Source: Flectonema sp. DT1601
Taxonomy: Eukaryota
Assembly: GCA_964019425.1 (NCBI GenBank)
Contig: OZ025780.1
Location: 868,001-932,000 of the forward strand
Length of the DNA stretch: 64,000 nt
Direction: 5' to 3'
Shown here: positions 63,001-64,000 of the stretch, one piece after another
How positions within the stretch are numbered: position 1 is the stretch's first letter
How the letters are laid out: every line of letters starts with the position of its first letter
Notes under the pieces: generated by a model
Databases searched by the model: none
The model's input: only the letters and a program-made list of their open reading frames with translations
What the model was told of the DNA's origin: nothing
Made by a program: the position numbers and the translations under genes

Positions 63001-64000
63001 GTTAGTTGGTGTTGTGTTGTTGTTAAAAACAAAAACATAAACGCCAGGAAGTTCGACAACGAAGACATCGACATCGATCGCTGCTCTGCAGATGTCCGGC
63101 GGGTGTTTGTCTACACTGTGTTTATTGTTTGTTTTTTTCCCAAGGTTCAACCTTGGGAAGAGAAGTAAAAAATTCCGTCAATGTTGGCCTTCCTGTTCGA
63201 AGGTGCGCACCAATGACGATAAATAGAGTGGGGGGGAGAAAACCTTTGATCCAACTGGATCCCTTCACGAGCCGACATTGCCATGTGAAGTTAAATATTC
63301 TGGCGATGCCAGCTCAGGCGACTTAGCCTGCTTTTTTCTTTAAATAAAAAAAATAAAAAGATACCAACAGGTGGGGTGATGGGTTGCGCCACTGCAATCC
63401 AGTCACAAAAAGAAACAAAGGTAATCTCAAGGGTTCTCGACCCTTGGCTCTCCCTGCGCAAGCATCGCATGGAGGGTGACGCTAAGCACCCGGGGGGTAC
63501 GAAACAAACTTTCCCCCTGCTGTCCTGTTTGAAATAAAAAAAAAAAACAAAGGGATAGAAGTAAACAGAATACGTTACACCTCAACAGGTGACGCTAAAC
63601 ACCCAGGGGATACAAACCAAACTTTCCCCCTGTTGCCCTGTTTGAAATAAATTAAAAAAAGAACAAGAAAACAGAATACAATACTCAGCAATCAGACTCG
63701 TTCACTCGCTTCGCCAGAGCCGTTCGAGCCGATGCTCATGTAAAGTTACCTGTTTTCTTTTAACAAATTAAATAAAATAAGATAAATAAAAATAAAGAAG
63801 CGCAACGGAGAGGAATACATAACACCTCGACTCTTGCGCTAGCATCGCAAGGGGGGTACCCGGGAGATACAAACCAAACTTTCTCTGGAATACAATACCT
63901 AACAATCAGTGCGTTCACTGGCCTTAGGGCTGTTCGGACTTATGCTTTGGACTGTTCCCTTGCAGAAAAAAAAAGTAAAATAAACCAACTTTGGGACATT
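21063..64000 (-). repeat. Macrosatellite: ~32 near-identical 1345-bp tandem units, runs off window
   Basis: Identical ORF set recurs every 1345 bp (21455, 22800 ... 63150). The only difference I noticed is C>T at 53682. Confidence 0.99.

Overview
Eukaryotic (probably protist) repeat-dense window with no intact housekeeping gene. Bases 1-18.8 kb are a nest of mobile elements. They include a degenerate tyrosine-recombinase retrotransposon with VIPER/TATE-like gag-YR-RT/RH order and split direct repeats (625-3849), two TA-flanked MITEs and two piggyBac copies. There is also a hairpin-rich ~255-bp satellite and an 11.4-kb Mutator-like element (47-bp TIRs, 9-bp TSD, 5368-16802). That element carries two colinear LSU rRNA fragments, a tRNA-like segment and a 4.6-kb intronless insert encoding an unusual fusion: USP deubiquitinase, 2x RNA:DNA-hybrid-binding domain, dead RNase H and Zn finger. 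From 18.8 kb to the end is a macrosatellite. About 1.7 diverged units in one orientation are followed by a fold-back inversion at ~21062 and then ~32 almost identical 1345-bp units. The unit has intron-like structure, but I could not reconstruct a spliced ORF. All calls come from reading by eye; no database searches were run.
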